A stretch of DNA of 32,000 bases from Desulfocapsa sulfexigens DSM 10523 (GCF_000341395.1 NC_020304.1:3300001-3332000); one strand, 5' to 3'; positions 1 to 9,053 are shown, numbered from the stretch's first letter. The notes: generated by a model from the sequence alone, not told the origin. Made by a program: numbers and translations.

Positions 1-1
1 G

Positions 2-109
2 GAATTACGCAAACGTCACAAACTGCAGATACCTGAAGAGGATTATCCAGAACTTGCAACCCTTGACTCATGTGTTAACTACCTGGAACCCCTTCTTGCC
101 GACGCATAG
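2..109 (+). CDS. Acyl carrier protein, C-terminal fragment (5' end outside window)
   Basis: Manual translation of the frame starting at base 2 gives ELRKRHKLQIPEEDYPELATLDSCVNYLEPLLADA*, which resembles the ACP helix III/IV region (IP..D...L.T......YL). It sits just upstream of fatty-acid-type genes. Confidence 0.6.
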   Translation, partial: ELRKRHKLQIPEEDYPELATLDSCVNYLEPLLADA

Positions 110-112
110 CAG

Positions 113-1498
113 GTGCATGTTCCTCTGTTAATTATCGGCGGTGGTCTTTCGGGACTTGCCGCCGCTGTCCGTTTTTCCCGTTTCATTCCAGACGTTCTCC
201 TTCTCGAACAGCACTCCCGTGTTGGTGGGCTCAACTCCTATTACTATAGAAATAACAGACTGTTTGAAACTGGCCTTCATGCAATCACAAACTATGCTGC
301 GCCAAAAGAAAAAAACGCGCCATTAAACCGTCTCCTCAGACAGTTAAAAATAAAACGTAATGAACTCGAACTGCACCAGCAGAATCAAAGTGAAATTCGT
401 TTTTCAGGGCAGGAATCCCTTCTCTTTTCGAATGATTTCTCTCTTCTTGAAACAGAAATTGCCGAGAAATTTCCCGCCAGTTATGATGGATTCCAGCGAC
501 TGTTGCAGCTGATAGATGAATATGACCCATTTAAGCCACTTCCTTTCATATCTGCCAAACAGGTACTTCAGCAGCACCTTCACAATTCACTCCTGACGGA
601 CATGCTACTCTGCCCCCTGATGTACTACGGCTCCTCCATAGAAAATGATATGGATCTTGGCCAATTTGTTATTATGTTCAGGGCAATTTTTCTGGAAGGG
701 ATGTTTCGGCCCGGCGGAACCATCAAGGACCTCCTTGACCTCCTGTTAAGTCATTATAAAAAAAATGGTGGTGAGATCAGAACCCGTGCCAAAGTCTCTA
801 AAATTCTCCAAAATAACAGGAAAGTCCATGGCGTTCTTCTAGATGATGGTGAGGAAATCAGCTGTGATTATCTACTTTCTACCGTTGGCTCAGAAGAAAC
901 CTTTAGCCTTCTTGGAAAATCATCCGGGATTCAATCAATGCCGCGACTTGGCTTCGTTGAAACTATTTTTGAAATAGATCCCTCCACAAACCTGCCGCTT
1001 GCCCATAACCGTACTATAATCTTTTTCAATAATGAAGAGAGGTTCTCCTACCAGCAACCCGATCAACTTGTGGACTACAAATCAGGGGTAATCTGTATGC
1101 CTCAGAACTTCGAGAATCTTCCCTTTTCCACTTTCAGAGAAGTACGAACCACTCATCTCGCCAGATATGAAGATTGGAAAGAGCTTGAAAAGGAAACAAC
1201 TTCATACAAAAAAGCAAAGGATGTAACAGCCCTCACATCCCTTTCCGTCGCTGAGAAAATTCTTGGTAATTTTGGCTCAGATATAGTATATCGTGATACT
1301 TTCACCCCGCTCACTATTGAACGCTTTACTGCCAAAATAAAGGGGGCGATTTACGGCAACCCTATTAAGATAAAAGATGGTGATATTGGTTATGACAATC
1401 TTTACCTGGCTGGAACCGACCAGGGATTTCTCGGTATTATCGGCTCCATGTTAAGCGGGGTATCCATTGTCAATCAGCATATCCTGCCACGCCTGTAG
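113..1498 (+). CDS. CrtI/phytoene-desaturase-like FAD-dependent oxidoreductase
   Basis: 461 aa ORF, GTG start, N-terminal dinucleotide-binding motif LLIIGGGLSGLAAAVRFSR with E..SRVGGLNSYY. The C-terminal YDNLYLAGTDQGFLGIIGSMLSGVSIVNQHIL is typical of carotenoid desaturase/isomerase-like proteins. Confidence 0.85.
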   Translation: MHVPLLIIGGGLSGLAAAVRFSRFIPDVLLLEQHSRVGGLNSYYYRNNRLFETGLHAITNYAAPKEKNAPLNRLLRQLKIKRNELELHQQNQSEIRFSGQESLLFSNDFSLLETEIAEKFPASYDGFQRLLQLIDEYDPFKPLPFISAKQVLQQHLHNSLLTDMLLCPLMYYGSSIENDMDLGQFVIMFRAIFLEGMFRPGGTIKDLLDLLLSHYKKNGGEIRTRAKVSKILQNNRKVHGVLLDDGEEISCDYLLSTVGSEETFSLLGKSSGIQSMPRLGFVETIFEIDPSTNLPLAHNRTIIFFNNEERFSYQQPDQLVDYKSGVICMPQNFENLPFSTFREVRTTHLARYEDWKELEKETTSYKKAKDVTALTSLSVAEKILGNFGSDIVYRDTFTPLTIERFTAKIKGAIYGNPIKIKDGDIGYDNLYLAGTDQGFLGIIGSMLSGVSIVNQHILPRL

Positions 1499-1541
1499 TA
1501 AACACTTTCTTTTATAATCTCAGACCCTACAATGTATCATT

Positions 1542-2951
1542 ATGCCTGTTTCTTTCTCTCAAGCCGCTGATAAATATGATGTTGTAATTATTGGTTCCGG
1601 TCTTGGAGGCCTTACTTCCGCTAACCGCCTTGCTTACTGCGGATACAAAGTGCTTCTCCTTGAATACCACAACCAGCTTGGAGGCCTTGCCACCTGGTTC
1701 AAACGTAAGGGACATATCTTTGATGTTTCCCTCCATGGATTCCCCTACGGTATGGTGAAAACCTGTAAAAAGTACTGGAACAGGGAAATAATGAACTCCA
1801 TTGTTCAATTAAAAGACATAATTTTTGACAATCCCCAGTTTCACCTGAAAACTACCTTCGACAGGGTGGATTTCACAGAAAAGCTCAACAGACAATTTAA
1901 AATATCCCAAACGGTTATTGATTCTTTCTTCTCCCGTGTTGCCGGAATGAATTTCTATGATGATCAGTCCATGACAACCAGGGAACTATTCAATGAGTTT
2001 TTCCCTGGACGCAGTGACGTTCACAGGCTGCTGATGGAACCAATCAGTTACGCAAACGGCTCCACTCTTGATGATCCTGCCATTACCTATGGTATTGTTT
2101 TTTCAAACTTTATGAACAAGGGTGTATTTACCTTCGAAGGAGGAACGGACAAACTCATAGCAATGATGACAACCGAGCTTGAAAAAAATGGCGTTACAAT
2201 CTGTACAAATGCTAAGGTTGATCGCATCGTTGTTGAAAAGGGTGTTGTCAGAGGCGTTGAATGTAATGGCAGAATGATCGAAACGGCTTCAGTTGTTTCT
2301 AACTCTGGAATTACGAACACCATTTACAACCTTGCCGACAGAGATGCATTCTCCGATGATTTCATGGAAAAAGCTGATAAAATCCGGGTCAACAATTCGT
2401 CCTGCCAGGTCTATATGGGCATAAAAAAAGATGAGCGAATCAACGACATAGGTGACCTACTCTTCACTTCCACCGCAGAAGAGTTCGATTCATCAGAACT
2501 ACTCGACTTTAAAACAAAATCTAAAACTTTTTCCGTATATTACCCAAAGACCAGACCAGGGCATAACCGCTACACAATAGTTGCCTCAATGAACTCTAAT
2601 TTTGACGACTGGAAAGACTTTACCGATGAGGAGTATGCTCTCGAGAAAGACGCACTCATTGAGCGTACTCTTATTGACTTGAATCGCTATTTTCCCGATG
2701 CCAAAGAAAAAATGGACTGGATAGAGGCTGCGACACCACGAACATTTAACAGATACACCCTGCATACTCACGGAACATCGTTTGGAACCAAATTTGAAGG
2801 TCTCGATGTCTCCAGAAATATTTTCAAAGAGGTAGGTGGACTTTTTCATGTCGGTTCTGTTGGAATTATAATGTCCGGATGGCTGGGTGCTATTAATTAC
2901 GGAGTCATTGTGTCAAATGATGTCGATGCGTATATGCGAAGCCGGGATTAA
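1542..2951 (+). CDS. Second CrtI/CrtISO/RetSat-like FAD-dependent oxidoreductase
   Basis: 469 aa ORF, YDVVIIGSGLGGLTSANRLAYCGYKVLLLEYHNQLGGLATWFKRKGHIFDVSLHGF. The C-terminal GLFHVGSVGIIMSGWLGAINYGVIVSNDV is typical of the family. Confidence 0.85.
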   Translation: MPVSFSQAADKYDVVIIGSGLGGLTSANRLAYCGYKVLLLEYHNQLGGLATWFKRKGHIFDVSLHGFPYGMVKTCKKYWNREIMNSIVQLKDIIFDNPQFHLKTTFDRVDFTEKLNRQFKISQTVIDSFFSRVAGMNFYDDQSMTTRELFNEFFPGRSDVHRLLMEPISYANGSTLDDPAITYGIVFSNFMNKGVFTFEGGTDKLIAMMTTELEKNGVTICTNAKVDRIVVEKGVVRGVECNGRMIETASVVSNSGITNTIYNLADRDAFSDDFMEKADKIRVNNSSCQVYMGIKKDERINDIGDLLFTSTAEEFDSSELLDFKTKSKTFSVYYPKTRPGHNRYTIVASMNSNFDDWKDFTDEEYALEKDALIERTLIDLNRYFPDAKEKMDWIEAATPRTFNRYTLHTHGTSFGTKFEGLDVSRNIFKEVGGLFHVGSVGIIMSGWLGAINYGVIVSNDVDAYMRSRD

Positions 2952-2954
2952 TAA

Positions 2955-3695
2955 ATGATGAATTTTCAAGGACAAAAAGTTGTAGTCAGTGGGGCAAGCC
3001 GCGGAATTGGCAAGGCAATAAGTCTTGAATTTCTCGAACAGGGGGCCACGGTAATAGGAGTATATGCCGGAAACACAGCGGCTGCCCAGTCATTTATATC
3101 CGAATGCGAGCGTTTTGATGGCCGCCTGCAGCTTCACCAATGTAACGTCGCTGATGCTGATCAGGTCGCAAGTTTTTTCAATGCTGTTGAGAAGCAATTT
3201 GATTATATTGATATTCTAATCAATAATGCAGGAATCCGTCGTGATAAATTACTGGCCCTCATGGATCAGAGCAGCTGGCAACAGGTAATCGATATTAACC
3301 TCACCGGCACCTTCAACATGTGCCGCGGTGCAGTACTCCTAATGCTGAAAAAGAAATACGGCCGTATCATCAACATCACCTCCCCTGTTGCAACGCTCGG
3401 CTTTGCCGGACAAACAAACTACGGTGCATCAAAGGCCGGCCAGATTGGTCTTACAAGAAGTTTATCAAAGGAAACAGCACGAAAAAAAATCACCGTCAAC
3501 TGCGTTTCCCCTGGTTTTATTGACACCGAACTCATTGACGATCTCACTCCCGAGCAGGTCAAGGCGTACAAAAAAAGTGTCCCCATGCGAAGATTTGGAA
3601 CAGTTGCTGAAGTTGCAAGCGCTGTACTCTTTTTAGCGTCGAAAGATGCAGCATATATAACTGGGACGGTACTTGATGTTAATGGAGGCCTTTAG
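2955..3695 (+). CDS. fabG: 3-oxoacyl-ACP reductase-like short-chain dehydrogenase (FabG family)
   Basis: 246 aa; GASRGIGKAIS, NNAGIRRD, NLTGTFNM, YGRIINITSPVATLGFAGQTNYGASKAG, FIDTELID, GTVLDVNGG. Confidence 0.88.
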   Translation: MMNFQGQKVVVSGASRGIGKAISLEFLEQGATVIGVYAGNTAAAQSFISECERFDGRLQLHQCNVADADQVASFFNAVEKQFDYIDILINNAGIRRDKLLALMDQSSWQQVIDINLTGTFNMCRGAVLLMLKKKYGRIINITSPVATLGFAGQTNYGASKAGQIGLTRSLSKETARKKITVNCVSPGFIDTELIDDLTPEQVKAYKKSVPMRRFGTVAEVASAVLFLASKDAAYITGTVLDVNGGL

Positions 3696-4140
3696 GCAGG
3701 CAATGCATGACATTAAAATAACAGATCTCATTCCACATCGTCCCCCATTCCTCTGGGTTGACACCATTGTTGAGTTTGCAGATTCGACTCTTATCACCGA
3801 GAAAACGATTTCTGAAAATCTTGAAGTTTTTAAAGGCCATTATCCCGACCATCCTATACTCCCAGGAGTTCTCCTCTGTGAAGGACTCTTTCAGACCGGT
3901 GCTCTTCTTATTGCTCTGCTTCAAAAAGACTCTGGACAAGTTCTTGATGGTGTTCCGGTTTTGACAAGGATTGAAGGTGTTAAATTCAAACGTTCTGTTT
4001 ACCCTGGTAATACCATCTGGATGAAAGTAACCCTCAAAGAAAAGATTGGAGGGGCATGGTTTCTCAAGGGTACTCTACGAGTAAATAATAAAGTCGCTGT
4101 GCAGGCCAATTTTGCCTGTACTTTAGCTCCAACGAAATGA
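3673..4140 (+). CDS. 3-hydroxyacyl-ACP dehydratase-like protein (FabZ/hotdog fold)
   Basis: ITDLIPHRPPFLWVDTIVEF and GHYPDHPILPGVLLCEGLFQTGAL are FabZ-type motifs. The ORF-track start overlaps fabG; the true start may be the internal Met of MHDIKITDL. Confidence 0.85.
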   Translation: MMLMEAFRQAMHDIKITDLIPHRPPFLWVDTIVEFADSTLITEKTISENLEVFKGHYPDHPILPGVLLCEGLFQTGALLIALLQKDSGQVLDGVPVLTRIEGVKFKRSVYPGNTIWMKVTLKEKIGGAWFLKGTLRVNNKVAVQANFACTLAPTK

Positions 4141-4328
4141 AGACACCACAGGATCTTGAACCCTTATTTGTCTGTATTTTTTGTGAAGAACAACGGGCCG
4201 AACTGCGCGGTCGTTGACACAATGGTACCGTAATCTGCACGGCGTGCGGAATGGAAGTCCCTTTATCATTTTACCAGGAGCAACTAGACAGTCATATACG
4301 GTATTTGTGTAAAATTGCAGAAGATTGA
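4137..4328 (+). other. Putative double-CxxC small protein ORF interrupted by one in-frame TGA (4215-4217); candidate selenoprotein or recent nonsense mutant
   Basis: ATG overlaps the dehydratase stop (ATGA). Translation: MKTPQDLEPLFVCIFCEEQRAELRGR[TGA]HNGTVICTACGMEVPLSFYQEQLDSHIRYLCKIAED*. The 36 codons after the TGA are open, stay in frame and carry a second CxxC pair. Confidence 0.45.
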
Positions 4329-4392
4329 CCTTTCTGTATAGGTAATATATAAAACAACCTGATTACCACTAATCCTCAGCCTACCCATTTGA

Positions 4393-4502
4393 GGAGGTGT
4401 TGTTTCGTGTTGATTATATGGGCATCTGCGGCCTGGACGGCCGCAGCAGAGCCCCCAGGGATGGGTTTATGGCGTCCCATATAATCGACACGGAACAACT
4501 CC
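4393..4502 (+). promoter_or_regulatory. Long imperfect inverted repeat with nested hairpin upstream of tolQ (candidate structured RNA or palindromic element)
   Basis: Outer arms 4399-4422 GTTGTTTCGTGTTGATTATATGGG and 4476-4499 CCCATATAATCGACACGGAACAAC pair over 24 bp with two G-U pairs on the + strand RNA. Inner perfect stem 4426-4433 CTGCGGCC / 4439-4446 GGCCGCAG. Confidence 0.6.
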
Positions 4503-4589
4503 GGGTTGCAAAGCTGAGTTTCGATGGTAATCAAGTAAAATAAACAATTCTCGTACCTCTCATCTCACATTTTCAAGGAACTGCAAACA

Positions 4590-5291
4590 GTGCAACTCTC
4601 AATTTCAGATATGATCATGCATGCCGGCCCCATGGGCCAGATGGTAATGCTCACCCTGTTGATTTTTTCTCTCACCTCCTGGTCTATTATTTTTATGAAG
4701 ACCAGAATGTATAAAAAGGCCATCAGGGAAACCGATAATTTTCTCGAGGTGTTCTGGTCTTCAAAAACCTTAAATGATGCCAACAATGCAGCAGAGGAAC
4801 ACCCATTAAGTCCAGAAGCTTCTGTTTTTCAGGCAGGGTTTTCCGAACTCCAAAAAATTAATAAAATTCGGAATCGTGAAGAAGGCAGTAACGGTAACGA
4901 GCCTCTTGAAATGCAGCTTGCCACCATGGACAATCTCAAGCGAGCCATCCGAAAGGCAGAGTCACAGGAAATAGCTATTCTCGGAAAATCCCTTCCATTT
5001 CTCGCAACCACAGGATCTGCAACCCCTTTTATCGGTTTGTTTGGTACCGTCTGGGGGATCATGGCATCATTTCATGATATTGGCCTACGTGGGTCGGCAT
5101 CGCTCGCCGTTGTTGCTCCAGGGATATCGGAAGCGCTCGTAGCTACCGCCGCAGGTCTTGCAGTCGCAATTCCTGCAGTTATTGCCTATAATTATTTTTC
5201 CAACCAGCTTGGCGATATTGAGATTGAAATGCAAAATTTTTCAACTGACTTCCTCAATCTGGTAGAAAGAGACCTTCTCAGCAGGGTATAG
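4590..5291 (+). CDS. tolQ: TolQ/ExbB-family proton channel protein
   Basis: 233 aa; LPFLATTGSATPFIGLFGTVWGIMASFHDIG and GISEALVATAAGLAVAIPAVIAYN. Followed directly by tolR, tolA and tolB. Confidence 0.92.
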   Translation: MQLSISDMIMHAGPMGQMVMLTLLIFSLTSWSIIFMKTRMYKKAIRETDNFLEVFWSSKTLNDANNAAEEHPLSPEASVFQAGFSELQKINKIRNREEGSNGNEPLEMQLATMDNLKRAIRKAESQEIAILGKSLPFLATTGSATPFIGLFGTVWGIMASFHDIGLRGSASLAVVAPGISEALVATAAGLAVAIPAVIAYNYFSNQLGDIEIEMQNFSTDFLNLVERDLLSRV

Positions 5292-5299
5292 GAATCACA

Positions 5300-5719
5300 A
5301 TGGGATTTAATACTGGTAACAAAAGAAGCCGCCTGGTTTCAGACATCAATGTAACCCCTTTGGTCGACGTAATGCTTGTCTTGCTGATCATTTTTATGGT
5401 TACTGCCCCCATGATGACCCAGGGTCTGGAGGTAGACCTCCCCGAAACCACGGCTAAGTCTCTGCGCCAGAAAGAAGAACCAGTTATTGTTACACTTGAT
5501 AAAGATGGGAAAATACTGCTTGGAAAAATTGAAGTGAGCCAGACAATGTTTCGTCAGCAACTCGAAAAACAGCACGGGAAAAACACGGAACAGCCAATTT
5601 TTTTAAAGGCCGACAAAAATGTTGCTTACGGAGTGGTTGTTGCCCTGATGGCTGACATTAAGTCCGCTGGATTTGATAAACTTGGCATGATAACCGATCC
5701 GATAGAAGAACCCCGCTGA
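5300..5719 (+). CDS. tolR: TolR/ExbD-family protein
   Basis: 139 aa; SDINVTPLVDVMLVLLIIFMVTAPMMTQGLEVDLPET. Confidence 0.92.
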   Translation: MGFNTGNKRSRLVSDINVTPLVDVMLVLLIIFMVTAPMMTQGLEVDLPETTAKSLRQKEEPVIVTLDKDGKILLGKIEVSQTMFRQQLEKQHGKNTEQPIFLKADKNVAYGVVVALMADIKSAGFDKLGMITDPIEEPR

Positions 5720-5721
5720 TA

Positions 5722-6618
5722 GTGTTTAGAGAATATACAATGACTTCTTCTGCAAACAGCTGGAAACTCCCTTTTAACCTTGCTGTTCTCAGCCATGTGC
5801 TCATTTTGGCATCGGCCATTATTCTCCCCAAATACTTTCACAAAAAGCCTCTAATTCAAGAATTTCTTTCCGTTGATCTTGTCAATATTGCAGCCCCACT
5901 ACCATCAACCCCCCAGCCCACTCCCGCCCCTCCCCAGATAAAGCAGGAGGTCAAGCCCTCCTCAAGCCCACCACCTGCAGAAAGAAAAAAGACAGCCCCA
6001 ATAGTTCCCATCAGACCAACCGTTACCAAGGAAGTCATTCCTTCTCCAGTAGAAGCCATCTCAATCCAGCCACTCAAACGAAAGGTTAAGGTGAAAATCC
6101 CTAAAAACACAGCCAGTGAAACAAACAGGCAAAGGGATAGAGAACGTGAGAGACGGCAACTCCTGGAGGAAGCCAGACGTCAAAAGGCTCTCGCTGATGC
6201 TGAGGCAGCTGCCGCAAACGATGCCGTCAAAGCACTTAAGCAGCTGCTGCAGGCCGATTCTGTAACATCTGCAACTCAGACGGCGACTCAACCAACAACA
6301 ACGCGCTCTGGCGGAAATTCCAATACTGCCATTGAAAATCAATACATCGCCACCATCGGAAGCAGTCTCAATCAGCATTGGGCCCTGCCGGAAATTAAAC
6401 CCTGGAATCCTGATCTCTCTGCAACGGTCATTATCCATATTGCAAAAGATGGTAAAATTATCAATCACCGTTTTGAAAAACGCTCAGGCGATAGCGTCTA
6501 TGACCAATTTGTCAGCCGAACTATCCAGGACGCCAACCCTCTCCCGCCAATTCCCGGCGCAATGAAAGTATCTGATTTCACAATCGGCCTCCGTTTCACC
6601 CCCGGTCAGATTCGCTAA
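5722..6618 (+). CDS. tolA: TolA/TonB-like energy-transducing protein
   Basis: N-terminal TM, Pro- and Lys/Ala/Glu-rich spacer, and a TonB/TolA C-terminal domain (HWALPEIKPWNPDLSATVIIHIAKDGKIINHRFEKRSGDSVYDQFVSRTIQDANPLPPIP). Confidence 0.85.
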   Translation: MFREYTMTSSANSWKLPFNLAVLSHVLILASAIILPKYFHKKPLIQEFLSVDLVNIAAPLPSTPQPTPAPPQIKQEVKPSSSPPPAERKKTAPIVPIRPTVTKEVIPSPVEAISIQPLKRKVKVKIPKNTASETNRQRDRERERRQLLEEARRQKALADAEAAAANDAVKALKQLLQADSVTSATQTATQPTTTRSGGNSNTAIENQYIATIGSSLNQHWALPEIKPWNPDLSATVIIHIAKDGKIINHRFEKRSGDSVYDQFVSRTIQDANPLPPIPGAMKVSDFTIGLRFTPGQIR

Positions 6619-6716
6619 CCATTATTGTATTCTAGTGAAAAAGGTTGACTGTAGTTCTTAAACACTTATAATCTGATGCCTATAACTCTTCTTTTTCCAA
6701 CTACAAATTATCCCTT

Positions 6717-8003
6717 ATGAAATCACGATTCTTTTTATTTATTATTGTTTTACTTGCAGGCCTTCCTGCTCTCTCATCTGCAAAAGAGATTGCCTATATA
6801 GACATAAGCTCTCCAGATGCTCGGAAAATAAATATAGCAGTTCCCTGGTTTATAAATACTGCGCAACCAGAACGTCTTCAGCCTCTGGGGCGTGATCTTG
6901 CAGATACTTTAGCCAAATCACTTTCCTTCCATGGTATATTTTCTCTTATTGCCAGTGAACAATATGGAAAGCGTCAGGATGCCAACTGGAAATCTCTTGG
7001 CGCTGATTTTGTCGTTCTCGGCAATTATTCACTTTCTGCTACCGGAATTAACATGGAAATTCGTCTACTTGACGTTGCAGGGGGTGATATGCTCATGGGG
7101 AAACGCTATGATGGAAGCAGAAATCTTGAACAAAACATGCTGTTCCGCTTTTGCGATGCTGTTATCAAAGAAATGACAGGTCAGGATGGTATTGCTTCCA
7201 GTAAAATTGCTTTTGTGTCGGACGCAACTGGTTTTAAAGAGGTCTATGTAACTGATATTCTAGGAACAAACACCAGGCAAATAACTCGCCATAAAAATCT
7301 TGTTGTCTCACCGAGATTTTTGCCAGGCGGTAGGTATCTGACTTACACTTCCTACCATTCCGGCAATCAAAACCTCTACATAACCGACCTCGATCAGAAC
7401 ACAACAACTCGCCCTCTTTCCAGGCGTAGAGGAATGAACCTGGCCCCTGCGTGGTCACCAGATGGGACCAAAATGATTCTTACACTCAGTATGGATGGTA
7501 ATCCTGATCTTTTCCTCCTTGACAGGAAGGGAACGATTATAAAACAGCTAACCCAGCGTTCCGGTATTAACGTTTCACCGACCTGGGCTCCTGATGGCAA
7601 ACAGATTGCCTTTGTCTCCGACAGAAGTGGAACCCCTCAGATATATGTTATGAACCTGAGAGACAGTAAGGTGCAGAGAATAACTTTTCAGGGCCGGGAA
7701 AATGCCGAACCAAGCTGGTCCCCCAAAGGTGACCTGATAACATACTCAAGTCTTATTGAAGGAACATACCAGATATTCACCATTGCCCCGCTCCCTAATG
7801 CGCGGCCACAGCAGATAACCAACGACCCTGGACAGCACGAATCTCCGACCTGGTCTCCCGATGGCAAGCAAATCCTTTTCTCACTGCGTAAAGGGAAAAG
7901 TCAGAAAGTGTGTGCTATACTGAAAAATGGTTCTGTAATGAGACAATTATTCGAAATGCCGGGGAACCAAACCTATCCCCAATGGACCATCGACAACAAT
8001 TAA
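6717..8003 (+). CDS. tolB: Tol-Pal system beta-propeller protein TolB
   Basis: 428 aa with signal peptide and WD40-like repeats (LAPAWSPDGTKMILTLS, ISPTWAPDGKQIAFVSDRSGTPQIYVM, ESPTWSPDGKQILFS). Confidence 0.93.
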   Translation: MKSRFFLFIIVLLAGLPALSSAKEIAYIDISSPDARKINIAVPWFINTAQPERLQPLGRDLADTLAKSLSFHGIFSLIASEQYGKRQDANWKSLGADFVVLGNYSLSATGINMEIRLLDVAGGDMLMGKRYDGSRNLEQNMLFRFCDAVIKEMTGQDGIASSKIAFVSDATGFKEVYVTDILGTNTRQITRHKNLVVSPRFLPGGRYLTYTSYHSGNQNLYITDLDQNTTTRPLSRRRGMNLAPAWSPDGTKMILTLSMDGNPDLFLLDRKGTIIKQLTQRSGINVSPTWAPDGKQIAFVSDRSGTPQIYVMNLRDSKVQRITFQGRENAEPSWSPKGDLITYSSLIEGTYQIFTIAPLPNARPQQITNDPGQHESPTWSPDGKQILFSLRKGKSQKVCAILKNGSVMRQLFEMPGNQTYPQWTIDNN

Positions 8004-8033
8004 CTTTTTTATCCCTAACGCCATACTACTCAA

Positions 8034-9053
8034 ATGAAAAAAAGATACCTGACCCCCTTACTTCTCGTTGGCCTCATGCCTCTTCTTACTCACTGTGCCT
8101 CCCAGCAGGATGTCCAAAACCTGAGCTATAATATCCGGTCTATCAATAAAAAACTTGATGACATGAAGATGAACACCGTTGAACAGATGCAACAGCGACA
8201 AGCCATGTCATCTGGCTACCTCGATCAATTACAGGCAGACATGTTGAAGCTCAAAAGTGAGCTTGATGAAACAGCGCACATGAACAGATTGCTTCAGGAG
8301 CAAAACAAGGAATTACAACTTTCTTTACAAAATCTTGCCATTCAGCAGGAAGAGAAACTTACCGTAAAGGTGGCTGAACTCGACTCCAGGATAACCAGCC
8401 AGAAAGAATCACTTACGGCAATGCAACTGGCACGTATCCAGGATGCTGAGAGACGTTCAAAGGCTGCAAAAATGGCTGCAGATGAAGCAATGCGTAAGGC
8501 TCAGCAAGCTGCACAATTACGAGCAGAATCAGAAAAAGGTGATATCTCTCACTTGAAAGCAACCTCACAAAAAGTACTTTTTTCACCTGCCAATACAACT
8601 GTGGAACCTGACACCACTGACACCACTACTGCTGCTCCTGTTGCAATTATCAAACAATCTGCCGTCAAATCTGCCACTTCTACAGTGGTGGCTATCGACT
8701 CATATGCTCAGGCAATGCAGCAGTACAGAGATGGCAACTACAAAGCAGCCTTTACACTTTTTGAAAAAACTGCCACCCAGCGAGGATCGTCAAACGCTTT
8801 AATAGCCAGGTACATGATGGGAGAGTCTCTCTTTAAACTAGAGGAATATGATCAGGCAATCATTCAATATCAGCAGATCATATCAAGCTTCCCTGGAAAC
8901 CCACAGGCTGCGAAGGCACTTCTGAGACAGGGTGAGGCATTCGAACAGTTGTCGGATACCGAAACTGCTCGTATAATTTATAAGAAAATAACAGCATCCT
9001 ATGGATCATCCCCCGAGGCAGTTACAGCGCAACAAAAGCTTTCAACACTATAG
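8034..9053 (+). CDS. cpoB: CpoB/YbgF-like periplasmic protein with coiled coil and TPR repeats
   Basis: Lipobox-like LLTHCAS, long coiled coil, C-terminal TPR (YAQAMQQYRDGNYKAAFTLFEKTA...ALLRQGEAFEQL), downstream of tolB. Confidence 0.75.
   Translation: MKKRYLTPLLLVGLMPLLTHCASQQDVQNLSYNIRSINKKLDDMKMNTVEQMQQRQAMSSGYLDQLQADMLKLKSELDETAHMNRLLQEQNKELQLSLQNLAIQQEEKLTVKVAELDSRITSQKESLTAMQLARIQDAERRSKAAKMAADEAMRKAQQAAQLRAESEKGDISHLKATSQKVLFSPANTTVEPDTTDTTTAAPVAIIKQSAVKSATSTVVAIDSYAQAMQQYRDGNYKAAFTLFEKTATQRGSSNALIARYMMGESLFKLEEYDQAIIQYQQIISSFPGNPQAAKALLRQGEAFEQLSDTETARIIYKKITASYGSSPEAVTAQQKLSTL

Noticed and set aside
4393-4502. Integron attC site as an explanation of the palindrome
   Set aside because: The ends are GTTGTT...AACAAC, not the RYYYAAC...GTTRRRY orientation, and there is no integrase or cassette array.
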